Of a stretch of 34,108 bases of DNA, positions 10,250-18,986 are shown in pieces (within the stretch, counting starts at the first letter, position 1; the number at the start of each line of letters is the position of its first letter). The notes beneath the pieces are model-generated. The model worked only from the letters and a program-made list of their open reading frames with translations. It was not told the origin of the DNA and did not search any database. The stretch is from sequence record SRR2962707_5121. One strand, written 5' to 3'. The translations under genes and the position numbers were made by a program.

Positions 10250-11189
10250 GAACGAGACCTCCGGCGCGCGCCCTCGATACGCAGATCATGATGTAGTCGT
10301 CCTTCTCCTCATCCATCAGAACCATATCGCGATGATCGGCCTCGCCCGCGAGCATCCGGGATTTGCAGGTGCCACACGTGCCGCTTTCACAGGAACTGAC
10401 CGTTTTGAAGCCGGCGTCGCGAAGCGCCTCGAGGATCGACCGATCCTCCGGCACCATTACTGTAGCACCCGACTTGGCAAGCTCGACATCGAAGGCCACG
10501 TCGTCTTCGCGCACCACCTCGACAGGTTTGAAATCCTCGAAATTAACGCGACCCTCGGGCCAGTGGCCAGACAGCGCCTTGATCTCTTCCATCAGCGGCT
10601 GAGGTCCGCAGCAATAGACGTGCATATTCTGCACGTCTTCGAAATGATCCCAGAAATCATAGAGCTTGTCAGGGTCGCCATCGTCGTGGTGCACCGTCAG
10701 CCGGCTACCAAACGCTGCCTTCATCTCGTCCAGATAGGCTGTGTCTTCAGCGCTTCGTGTACAGTAGATGATGCGAAAAGCTTTACCCTCGCGGTCAAGG
10801 TGCTGCGCCATGGCATAGATCGGCGTGACACCGATGCCACCGGCGATCAGCAGATATTTCGATGCATCGCGGAGCTGGAAGTTGTTCTCCGGCGCTCCGA
10901 CATTGAGAATCGTGCCAACCTTGGCGTCCTCATGCATAGAGGACGAGCCGCCTCGCGAGTCTGCTTCCCGCTTCACCGCAATGGTATAGCTCGAAGCGGG
11001 CGAGCCATCACCCACCAGTGAGTAGCGTCGCATGGCGCCCGACGGCGTCTCGACTGTGATGTGCGAGCCGGCACCGAAACTTGATAGTTCGCGATCGTCG
11101 ACCGGCTGCAGAACGAATTCATCTATATAGGCCGTTAGCGCGCGTCGGGCTGTAACTTTCATGGCAATGAGATCGATATTCGGGTCCAT
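10239..11189 (-). CDS. ophA1: Phthalate dioxygenase reductase (PDR/VanB family, FMN plus 2Fe-2S)
   Basis: RRYSL, GGIGVTP, YCCGP, and C-terminal ferredoxin motif CESGTCGTC...ICVSRA. Confidence 0.9.
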   Translation of the reverse strand: MDPNIDLIAMKVTARRALTAYIDEFVLQPVDDRELSSFGAGSHITVETPSGAMRRYSLVGDGSPASSYTIAVKREADSRGGSSSMHEDAKVGTILNVGAPENNFQLRDASKYLLIAGGIGVTPIYAMAQHLDREGKAFRIIYCTRSAEDTAYLDEMKAAFGSRLTVHHDDGDPDKLYDFWDHFEDVQNMHVYCCGPQPLMEEIKALSGHWPEGRVNFEDFKPVEVVREDDVAFDVELAKSGATVMVPEDRSILEALRDAGFKTVSSCESGTCGTCKSRMLAGEADHRDMVLMDEEKDDYIMICVSRARAGGLVLDL

Positions 11190-11231
11190 CTGTCCTCTAC
11201 CGTCAGGCGCCCAAGGCGCAGGAGTTCATTT

Positions 11232-11311
11232 TACTTAGTAAACTAACTATTTGCTGTCAACGGCTGGACGTGCAGCACGATGTGCGATATTTTTGGTTAG
11301 TTATCTAAATT
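11232..11311. promoter_or_regulatory. Divergent promoter region with two dyad operators (11232-11249 and 11294-11311)
   Basis: TACTTAG-TAAA-CTAACTA and TGGTTAG-TTAT-CTAAATT in the AT-rich ophA1/ophA2 intergenic region. Confidence 0.6.
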
Positions 11312-11323
11312 TCGGAGAACCTG

Positions 11324-12607
11324 ATGCTCACTCACGAAGAAAACGATCTGCTGACGCGCGTGTGCGGCGATGCACCGATGGGCGAGTTGATGCGCCAGCA
11401 CTGGACGCCGGTCTGTCTCATCGAAGAGGTCGCAGAGCGCGATGGCACACCGCTTTTGGTGGAGGTGCTCGGCGGACGCTATGTGGCCTTTCGTGACACC
11501 GACGGGCGGCTCGGACTTCTCGATGAACTCTGCCCCCACCGTCGCGCCTCGCTGGTATTCGGGCGCAATGAGGAATGCGGCCTGCGCTGCCTCTATCATG
11601 GCTGGAAGATGGACGTGGAAGGCAACGTCGTCGCTATGTCATCGGAGCCTGAGGGCAGTCCGCTTCTCAACAAGGTCAAGCATCGCGCCTATCCCGTAGA
11701 GGAGTGGGGCGGTTTCGTCTGGGCATGGCTGGGCGATCAGGAGAATGTGCCGGCTTTCGATCCCCCGGCCTTTGCGCCGACCAAGGATACGCCGGTCGCC
11801 ATCGTCAAGATTCGCATTCCCTGCAACTGGGCGCAGATCCACGAAGGCCAGATAGACAGCGCGCATTCATCGAGCCTGCATTCCTCCGATATGAAGCCGG
11901 CGCGCGTCGAAGGCGCTTCGGCCGACGATCAGGCATGGTATCGCCCCTCGACCGATAAGTCACCGCGCATGCAGACGCAGACGACGAGCTATGGCTTCCA
12001 CTATGCGGCCATCCGTAAGCCGATCAAGAATGCCTCGACCCACAATTATCTGCGCATCACGGAATTCATCGCGCCTTTCATGTCGCTCATTCCGCCGAAC
12101 AACAACTACAACGTCGCCAGCGTCATCGTGCCGATCGATGACGAAACGACCGCCTTCCATTTCGTCGCATGGGGTGGCAAGAAATGTCCGTCAACTGAGG
12201 ACTGGCGCAAGTTCAACCACGCGCGTCCCGGCATCGATCTTGACGAAAAGTGGCGCTCGCGCCGCACGCTGGAGAACAACTTCCTACAGGATCGCCAGGC
12301 AATGAAGCTCGGCAACTTCACTGGTGTTCCGGGCATTCCAAATCAGGACATCATCATGTGGGTCAGCATGGGCAAAACCGTCAATCGTACGGATGACTTG
12401 CTCGGCGCATCCGATCTGGCCATCGTCGAGTTCCGCCGCCTGATGGTCGATGCTGCACGCAAGGTCGCAGAAGGCGGGAAGGCGATTGGTACGGAAGAGC
12501 CTCGCATCCCGCATGCTTGCATCGCCTCAAGAGAAGGCGTCTATTCGAAGGAAACCGACTGGCGGACCTTGGCTGACGCAACCGAACAGATAGACGCAGC
12601 GGAATAG
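11324..12607 (+). CDS. ophA2: Phthalate 4,5-dioxygenase oxygenase subunit (Rieske)
   Basis: MLTHEENDLLTRV..APMGELMRQHW N-terminus, Rieske CPH...CLYH, mononuclear iron site EGQIDSAHSSSLH, GGAG RBS. Confidence 0.92.
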   Translation: MLTHEENDLLTRVCGDAPMGELMRQHWTPVCLIEEVAERDGTPLLVEVLGGRYVAFRDTDGRLGLLDELCPHRRASLVFGRNEECGLRCLYHGWKMDVEGNVVAMSSEPEGSPLLNKVKHRAYPVEEWGGFVWAWLGDQENVPAFDPPAFAPTKDTPVAIVKIRIPCNWAQIHEGQIDSAHSSSLHSSDMKPARVEGASADDQAWYRPSTDKSPRMQTQTTSYGFHYAAIRKPIKNASTHNYLRITEFIAPFMSLIPPNNNYNVASVIVPIDDETTAFHFVAWGGKKCPSTEDWRKFNHARPGIDLDEKWRSRRTLENNFLQDRQAMKLGNFTGVPGIPNQDIIMWVSMGKTVNRTDDLLGASDLAIVEFRRLMVDAARKVAEGGKAIGTEEPRIPHACIASREGVYSKETDWRTLADATEQIDAAE

Positions 12608-12705
12608 AATTTTGGCGCAGGGCGATTAAATGTGACTTATGGTCCTGCCCCGGCGGGGACCATTCTCTTTTGGGGTAGCGGCCCCCACTTTAGGACAGCA
12701 CTTCA

Positions 12706-13638
12706 ATGGCAGTATCAGCGAAGCAGGACCGTTTCCGACAGATATATCTTTTGGCCGTGCTGCCTCCCCTCTTTTGGGCTGGGAATTTTCTGGTGGCCCG
12801 GATGTTCAACGAGGTCATTCCGCCATTCCAAATGTCATTTTGGCGCTGGTCTATTGCACTCTTGATTATCCTGCCGTTCACAGTGCGTGCTGTCCTTAAA
12901 AATATGCCGGCAATTCGCCGGGAACTGGCATATCTGGCTTTTCTGGGCGCCATTGGCATTACAGCCTTTAACTGCCTGATTTACCTGGCTCTGCAGTATA
13001 CGACCGTTGTCAACGCAGCGCTCATAAACTCCCTCATGCCTGTTGTGACGTTCATCCTCGCTCTGTTTTTCATGGGCGACCGTCTGAGAATGAGACAGAC
13101 GTTTGGTGTCGTAGTGTGCATTATCGGCACGTTGCTCATTATTGCGCGCGGTGATCTCGCCGTTTTGCTTGCGCTGGACATCAACGCTGGCGACTTCCTT
13201 GTACTCGCAGGGCTTACCTTTTGGGCGCTGTACACTGTGATGATACGATGGCGAAAGAGCGTCTTGCCACCTATGGTTTTCTTGACGGTGACGATCGCGT
13301 TTGGCGTCCTCTTTCATTTTCCGTTGGTAGGCTGGGAATTTGCGACGCGCGGCGGCCTCGCTGCGGAGCCCACCAATTTACTCGCCCTGCTCTACCTAGC
13401 AATTTTTCCGTCGTTGCTGGCATATATCTTTTGGAACCGGACGGTTTCGGCTCTCGGCCCTGGGAAGACAGGCCTCTTTATGTATCTCATGCCGATCTTC
13501 AGCACCCTTTTGGCGGTTCTCCTCCTTGGTGAAGAGTTCAAGATCTTTCATCTGATCGGCATGACGCTCATAGTCATCGGCATCGCTCTTGTAACGCGGC
13601 CGTTGATACAGCCTGTGCCTGTGCAGTCGGCCGGCTGA
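12706..13638 (+). CDS. EamA/DMT family transporter
   Basis: LFWAGNFLVAR, ALQYTTVVNAALINSLMP, LMPIFSTLLAVLLLGE. Confidence 0.9.
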   Translation: MAVSAKQDRFRQIYLLAVLPPLFWAGNFLVARMFNEVIPPFQMSFWRWSIALLIILPFTVRAVLKNMPAIRRELAYLAFLGAIGITAFNCLIYLALQYTTVVNAALINSLMPVVTFILALFFMGDRLRMRQTFGVVVCIIGTLLIIARGDLAVLLALDINAGDFLVLAGLTFWALYTVMIRWRKSVLPPMVFLTVTIAFGVLFHFPLVGWEFATRGGLAAEPTNLLALLYLAIFPSLLAYIFWNRTVSALGPGKTGLFMYLMPIFSTLLAVLLLGEEFKIFHLIGMTLIVIGIALVTRPLIQPVPVQSAG

Positions 13639-13719
13639 AAAGAAAGAGCTGTCTACGGCAGGGTATGATGGTTGTCAGGCTGGACAGGCAAAGCGCGGGC
13701 GTGGCAGGAGCCGCTCATG

Positions 13720-14099
13720 TGCCCCATCTTTGTCAGGTTAGTGCCCAACACCGCATCGATCATCTTGGGTGTGTTGCTCACGGTCACCGTGTAGAAGATG
13801 GCTTGGCACCGCGTGATTTCTGCTGCAAGTGAAAGTGCAAGTTTGCCGAGAACACCATAGCCTTGCAGGTTTGGGAAACTGGCAAACTCGCGTGCCGACC
13901 GAGTTTTGCCTACGCCAGGGCGGCCGTGACATACGCCAATGTAGCGATAGCGCGAGCATGCCTCTGCGAACTCGACGAAGCGTGCGTGTTCGCGCGTTGG
14001 CAGGAACGTCTGCTCGGTCGGGAACTCAATCGTCAGTGGCTTAGAGCCGGAGTCCTCGGACTGTTGTCGGCCGGGGATCTGGACACGCTTGGTCGCCAT
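13720..14099 (-). pseudogene. Truncated transposition AAA ATPase (Mu B/TniB/Tn552-type)
   Basis: Walker A GRPGVGKT after FLPTREHARFVEFAEAC. Homology appears to stop before a Walker B motif. Confidence 0.75.
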
Positions 14100-15032
14100 T
14101 GGCAGCCTCCAACTCGGTCAGCGCGCCAGTATCGCGTCTTTTCGCCTTGCGCCGCGCGGCTTGGATGTCGCGCAGCGATGGTGCGGCGAGGTGTTCGGGG
14201 CTGAGAGCGCGACAGATAAAATGACGCTCGTGGTAGACGTGCACTTCAGTGAGATCTCGCGGATCGTAGAGCACTTCAACGTTTTCACCGACAAAAGGCG
14301 GCCAGCGTGGGCTCTACGTATCGGCGACCAAGAAGGCGAATGCCGTCACGCAATACTTTGCGTGACTTGGGGACATGTACCAGCAGCATGTCGAGCTTTT
14401 CGATGCTGTCAAGCATCGCCGGTAAGAAGCCGCCCCTTTGCCAGCGGACACGGGCGGTTCGCCCGTGCTACCGTGGGAACGCGCGTGTGGTAGACGCGGC
14501 AGACAAACGCCTCGAAATGCGCGCAGAGATCGTTCAGCGATAGTGTGGGTGCCGACAGCGGTTTGCCTCGGATTAGGTGGCCTGGAAGGTCGGGCAGAAA
14601 CATGTCGTTGGAGACGGCTGCCTCCCGATGATACACCAGCTCATGATGGTCGCGGTATGCAGCCGGATCGATTGTTGCTGCGATCCGGCTTTCAGGCACC
14701 TTGCGAACGACGCGAGCAACTGACGAATAGCTAGGTGCACAATGCCCTTCGGCGATGGCAAGCGCCGCAACCTTTCGATGGATCGAGCTGACCGGAGGAC
14801 GTGGCCTTTTAACCGCGAACTCTTGGACAATTCCCATAACGAAGTCCGGAAGATTCCGTCGGCCCCGATCGCTACGCTGTTTCCGCTCAAGACCGGTCAG
14901 CCCCTCAGCACGGTAGCAGCTCACCCACCTCTGCAACGTCCGCTCACTTGCAACGGCGGTCTGCGCCAATGCGGTGAGCGTGACGCCATCACGCAGGTAC
15001 GGCTCGATGGCGCGAAAGCGTTCAATCGCCAA
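14041..15032 (-). pseudogene. Mu/Tn552-like DDE transposase, internally deleted and frameshifted
   Basis: N-terminal HTH (SERTLQRWVSCYRAEGLTGLERKQRSDRG) and Mu-transposase C-terminal motif (LYDPRDLTEVHVY...FICRA) lie in different frames. The DDE core is missing. Confidence 0.8.
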
Positions 15033-15239
15033 AGGCGATGAACACAGGATGCGTCACAGAAGGTTGCCCAAAACAGCAGGCAGAAAAAAGGAGGTTTGTT
15101 TGCCCATGGTCACGCGATCTCTATCACGTTGCCAATTCTACCGAACACCGGTAAATCTACTCGGTAAAGAAAACTATGGCAATAAATTTTAAGACGAAAT
15201 GAGTTTTCTTCCTCTTCTCAAGGGTTCGGCAACGCTCAC

Positions 15240-15812
15240 ATGAAAATTGGCTACGCGCGGGTCTCGACCATTGAGCAAAATTTGAACCTGCAAACCGACG
15301 CCCTTCACGCAGCGGGTTGTGAGAAGGTCATCACCGACAAGATCTCCGGCATCGCTACGGCAAGGCCTGGCCTCGAAAAGATCAAAGAGCAATTACGCGC
15401 CGGCGACACACTAGTGGTATGGCGGCTGGACCGTCTCGGGCGATCGATGCGGGATCTCATAAACTGGATGACCTATCTGGAAGAACGCAAGGTCGGGCTG
15501 CAAAGCCTGCAAGAGGCTATCGACACCAACACCGCCTCGGGGAAGCTGACATTCCATCTTTTTGGAGCGTTGGCGGAATTCGAACGAAATCTCATCAAAG
15601 AGCGAACTCAAGCCGGATTGCTGGCTGCGCGGGCCCGGGGTCGAAAGGGCGGCCGTCCAATGTCACTCGATGCTGACAAACGTGATCTCGCTGTGCGCCT
15701 CTACCGGGAGCGCTCGCTTCCCATCGCTAAAATTTGCGCCATGCTCGAGATTTCAAAGCCAACGCTTTATGCCTATGTGCGGGCTGCTGAAGAAGCCGCG
15801 AGTACAGCTTAA
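15240..15812 (+). CDS. Serine recombinase (resolvase/invertase), divergent from the transposase
   Basis: IGYARVST, GDTLVVWRLDRLGRS, AEFERNLIKERT, C-terminal HTH. Confidence 0.93.
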   Translation: MKIGYARVSTIEQNLNLQTDALHAAGCEKVITDKISGIATARPGLEKIKEQLRAGDTLVVWRLDRLGRSMRDLINWMTYLEERKVGLQSLQEAIDTNTASGKLTFHLFGALAEFERNLIKERTQAGLLAARARGRKGGRPMSLDADKRDLAVRLYRERSLPIAKICAMLEISKPTLYAYVRAAEEAASTA

Positions 15813-15853
15813 GACGGCAACTTCCGACGCCAATTCAAGTCATCGGGATTTAA

Positions 15854-16180
15854 GAGCCCAACCCAAAAAGAGTTGAGCAGTTTCAGCAGGTTGTGATTCA
15901 GTTCGGTTGCGAGACTAAACGGAGATCACGATGGCCTGGACCGAAACTGCCCGACGCCAGTATGCGCGACGTGGTCGTCGCTATTCAAGTGATCTGACTG
16001 ACCCGGAGTGGGCCATCATTGCGCCGCTGCTGCCGCCTGCACGGCCCACAGGTCGTCCCCGCACCACAGATTTGCGAGCGGTAATGGACGCCGTTCTCTA
16101 CATGGCTTCGAGCGGCTGTCAGTGGGGCCTGCTGCCTGGGGAGTTTCCACCACCATCGACGGTGCAGCGCTATTTCTATG
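15854..16180 (+). mobile_element. IS5 family (IS1031-like) left end and truncated transposase
   Basis: TAA followed by GAGCCCAACCCAAAAA as likely target and left end. ORF from 15931 reads YSSDLTDPEW...GRPR...GCQWGLLPGEFPPPSTVQRYFY and then breaks off. Confidence 0.8.
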
Positions 16181-16350
16181 TCCAACATCATGCTCCATGA
16201 GTTTGATGCGTGACTGGAAGCGAAATACCTGAACAAAAAGGCTCGCAAGGATCGCCGGGCATGGAACTTCGGCATTCAGCAGGGCCGCCCCATAACGGTT
16301 CGTGAGAACCGGCAATCTTTCTCAATGCGCGTTTGGTCGCAGCGGGCTCA

Positions 16351-16560
16351 TTAAGCTGGCGTATCGAGGCTTGCGGAAGACGTCACAGGCGTCCCGTAGA
16401 ACTGGTGCATGTCGCCGATCTCCTCATGGCCGTTCATCCACAAAAGCCACGAGCCCAAAGGGATTGCTGCGATCAGTCCTGCTACGACGACGAATGGATC
16501 GGCGCCGCCCGCATCGATTTCCTTTCGGCGTTCAGTGGCTGCACGGTGATCCAGCGGCAT
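16351..16560 (-). CDS. Small hypothetical membrane protein
   Basis: Strong RBS (GAAGGAGGGG) before ATG 16560; one hydrophobic segment (FVVVAGLIAAIPLGSWLLW). Confidence 0.55.
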   Translation of the reverse strand: MPLDHRAATERRKEIDAGGADPFVVVAGLIAAIPLGSWLLWMNGHEEIGDMHQFYGTPVTSSASLDTPA

Positions 16561-16621
16561 GGCGATCCCCTCCTTCATGAGGAAACGAGTGGTCAGCGCC
16601 ATAGTTCCTGCCGCTTGTCGA

Positions 16622-16873
16622 TCACTCCATGTCGGGCACCGGCCCGAAGCTGAATAGCACCTCGGGCGGCCCGTATTCCCCGATATCCGGCCGTGCTTCT
16701 CGCGACCAGGCGATGACGGCCGGATAGGTATTGATCAGCGATCCGGCCTCGATCTTGGCCCGCTGCTCGCTCTGGTATTCGCGGGGTTCAAACGCCGGGC
16801 GCATGCCGCCCTCATTGTCGTCCTCGAATGCCATGACCACGATCAGTTTTGTCGGCGGGGTGGGCTTGCTCAT
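16622..16873 (-). CDS. Hypothetical protein in SRAP operon
   Basis: 83 aa, ATGA overlap with the upstream gene; LIVVMAF...VIAWSR..PDIGEYGPPEVLF. Confidence 0.7.
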   Translation of the reverse strand: MSKPTPPTKLIVVMAFEDDNEGGMRPAFEPREYQSEQRAKIEAGSLINTYPAVIAWSREARPDIGEYGPPEVLFSFGPVPDME

Positions 16874-17244
16874 TGTCCTTCGCCTTCTTCGCGATCCAAA
16901 AGCTCACCAAGTTTGTGCAGCGCATTGGAAATCGCGTCAATTTCGAACCGCTCGTCGGCGATGCGAAAGCCACCCATTCCGAAGCGCGGGTCCGTCATCC
17001 CATCAATCAATCGCTCGTCTGCCGCCTCGCGAAACAGGTCGCGCAACTCCACTGCGGCGGGATCCATGCTTGCATCACCGAGATAAAGGCTGAACAGCCG
17101 AGCGAGCGCGGCGTGCTCCAGAAACTCGTCGAGGGTCGGCCGCATCTCCTCGATGGTGTCGCCACAATCGGCGGCCGTATCGAGGGCCAGCACGGCCTCC
17201 TGAGCCAGCTTGATTTCGTTACGCAGGCGCTTGATCGTCGTCAT
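16870..17244 (-). CDS. Hypothetical acidic helical protein in SRAP operon
   Basis: ATGA overlap with the SRAP stop; GGAG RBS; starts MTTIKRLRNE. Confidence 0.65.
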   Translation of the reverse strand: MTTIKRLRNEIKLAQEAVLALDTAADCGDTIEEMRPTLDEFLEHAALARLFSLYLGDASMDPAAVELRDLFREAADERLIDGMTDPRFGMGGFRIADERFEIDAISNALHKLGELLDREEGEGQ

Positions 17245-17990
17245 ACCACTCCGTCCTCTTTGACACCCCTCGCCACGATCTTGAGCGCACCGTCTGGCAA
17301 TGGGCGCTGGAGCCCTCGGGCTTCGCTCCACGGCGCCATCAGCCAAGTCTCGACCTCATCTAGCGTTGTCAGGATCACCGGCATTGCCTTGGGGTGGATC
17401 GGCTCAACGTCTGCGTTCGGCTCTGTGGTGAGAAAGGCAAACAGGTCGGTCGTGATCTGCCCTTCCTTGACTTTGCGAACGCAGGTCCACTGCGGCGCCC
17501 ATATGCCGGCGAAGAATGCCAACGGGCGGCTATCATCGAACGCGAACCAAACGTCGCCACCTTCGTCCTTGTTGAACTCGCTGAATGACGTGAAGGGGAC
17601 GACGCACCGGAAGCGTGGGGCCAGCCACCGCCGCCAGTGCGGACTATCAGAATTGCGCACGTTGGTGACGCCGCGATCGGGCTCCATCTCGACCAAGCGC
17701 CGGAATTCTTCTTCCGATAGCTCCCGGCCTTCCTTCTCCTGGATCTTTTGGGCGCGCTTCCGTGCGGCTTCATAGAGCACGCGCGATGACGTGGGCATGC
17801 CCCAACGCACCATCGCCAGTTGGCGGCTCAGGTCGTCCATGTTTCGGATGATCGGGGCCAGATAGTCGGGGTAGATGCCCGGCTGCGGCGGGAAGTTGCC
17901 GAGGTTGGGGTGAAGCTGGATCTCGCGCGTGGCCTTTACGAAGGCGCGGATCGCCTCAACGTTGGTCGTCATCGAGTAGAGATTGCACAT
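17241..17990 (-). CDS. SRAP (SOS response-associated peptidase; YedK/HMCES-like abasic-site protein)
   Basis: MCNLY N-terminus, RWGMP, TNVRN, RCVVPFTSFSE, FAGIW, FLTTEPN..V.PIHPKAMPVIL. Confidence 0.93.
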   Translation of the reverse strand: MCNLYSMTTNVEAIRAFVKATREIQLHPNLGNFPPQPGIYPDYLAPIIRNMDDLSRQLAMVRWGMPTSSRVLYEAARKRAQKIQEKEGRELSEEEFRRLVEMEPDRGVTNVRNSDSPHWRRWLAPRFRCVVPFTSFSEFNKDEGGDVWFAFDDSRPLAFFAGIWAPQWTCVRKVKEGQITTDLFAFLTTEPNADVEPIHPKAMPVILTTLDEVETWLMAPWSEARGLQRPLPDGALKIVARGVKEDGVV

Positions 17991-18317
17991 CCTGCCGTCC
18001 GTCACGATGGTTGTTTCGCTGAAAGGTAACGGAGTTTCCCTCGGTGTCCACTTCATCCAGTTACGGCCACGGCCTCGGTCCCGAGGATCGAACCAAAGAC
18101 CGTCGACAATGCGACCGAACTTTTCAGCCTGCTCTTTGGTCGGAAAACATAGCACGTTCCACCACGCGCCTTCATGAGCAACGGAATGGCCGCGGTCGCA
18201 CGCTCCATGAACCCTGCGCGCGGCGTCGTTGACGATCGTGCTGGCCGGCACGGCGATTTGCCAAGGGTAAAGCCTATCCACCTGGGCCGGCGACAACTCG
18301 CCTTTCCTTCGCGACAT
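17991..18317 (-). CDS. Hypothetical domain read in frame with SRAP (no intervening stop)
   Basis: ATG 18317 (MSRRKGELSPAQVDRLYPWQIAVPA...) lies just downstream of the LexA box, and the frame is open into MCNLY. Confidence 0.55.
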
Positions 18318-18335
18318 TTGATCAAGAGTCCGGTT

Positions 18336-18350
18336 GTTCTCATTTTGTTC
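18336..18350. promoter_or_regulatory. Alphaproteobacterial LexA (SOS) box
   Basis: GTTC-TCATTTT-GTTC is an exact GTTC-N7-GTTC match, located between divergent genes. Confidence 0.85.
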
Positions 18351-18393
18351 CCATTCTATGACTCCGGTCCCATGTTTGCGCAAGAGGGGTCAA

Positions 18394-18981
18394 TTGGCGA
18401 AAGGAACGGACAGGCTCAATCAGTTCAAGCCGACATCGCTGCGGATCGAGTGCATCCGATGCAAGCGCATGGGTGAGATGCGGACCCATAAGGCGGTCCA
18501 AGCTTATGGCAATATAACGCTCGATGAACTGGCGCGGCGGGTAGCAGAGAACCGGGGATGCGCTTTGGCGGTCGCCGGCGATAATGTTTGCAGCGCCCGC
18601 GTTGTCGAACCTCCATTCGACAGTTGGGCCAGGTTACAAGACGCGCTCCAAGATGGTTGGACCGCCACACTTTATTGTCAGCGGCGCTATTATGCGCTCA
18701 AGCGGGTCCAGCCGTGTCCGCCCGTACCGCTCGACGTCGCCACGCTCGTCGGCGCCTTGGGTTCAGATTACCGACTGGACCGGCTGGAGACAAAAGCCAG
18801 ATGCCCGCACTGCGGCACCGACGGGGTAAAAGTCCACTGGCATGAACCTGCACCGGAACCTGATCCAGGCGGAACGACACAAAAGACCCCGGTGCTGCAA
18901 CTTCGCCCTTCGGGGGCGGCGCTGGGGCGGCGACGGTTCCGGGTCATCAATCGGATGGGAAAGGCAGTTGAGGGATCGTAG
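18394..18981 (+). CDS. Cys-rich putative zinc-binding hypothetical protein
   Basis: TTG start after GAGGGG; motifs CIRCKR, GC...C, YC...PC and CPHCG. Confidence 0.65.
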   Translation: MAKGTDRLNQFKPTSLRIECIRCKRMGEMRTHKAVQAYGNITLDELARRVAENRGCALAVAGDNVCSARVVEPPFDSWARLQDALQDGWTATLYCQRRYYALKRVQPCPPVPLDVATLVGALGSDYRLDRLETKARCPHCGTDGVKVHWHEPAPEPDPGGTTQKTPVLQLRPSGAALGRRRFRVINRMGKAVEGS

Positions 18982-18986
18982 GCGGA

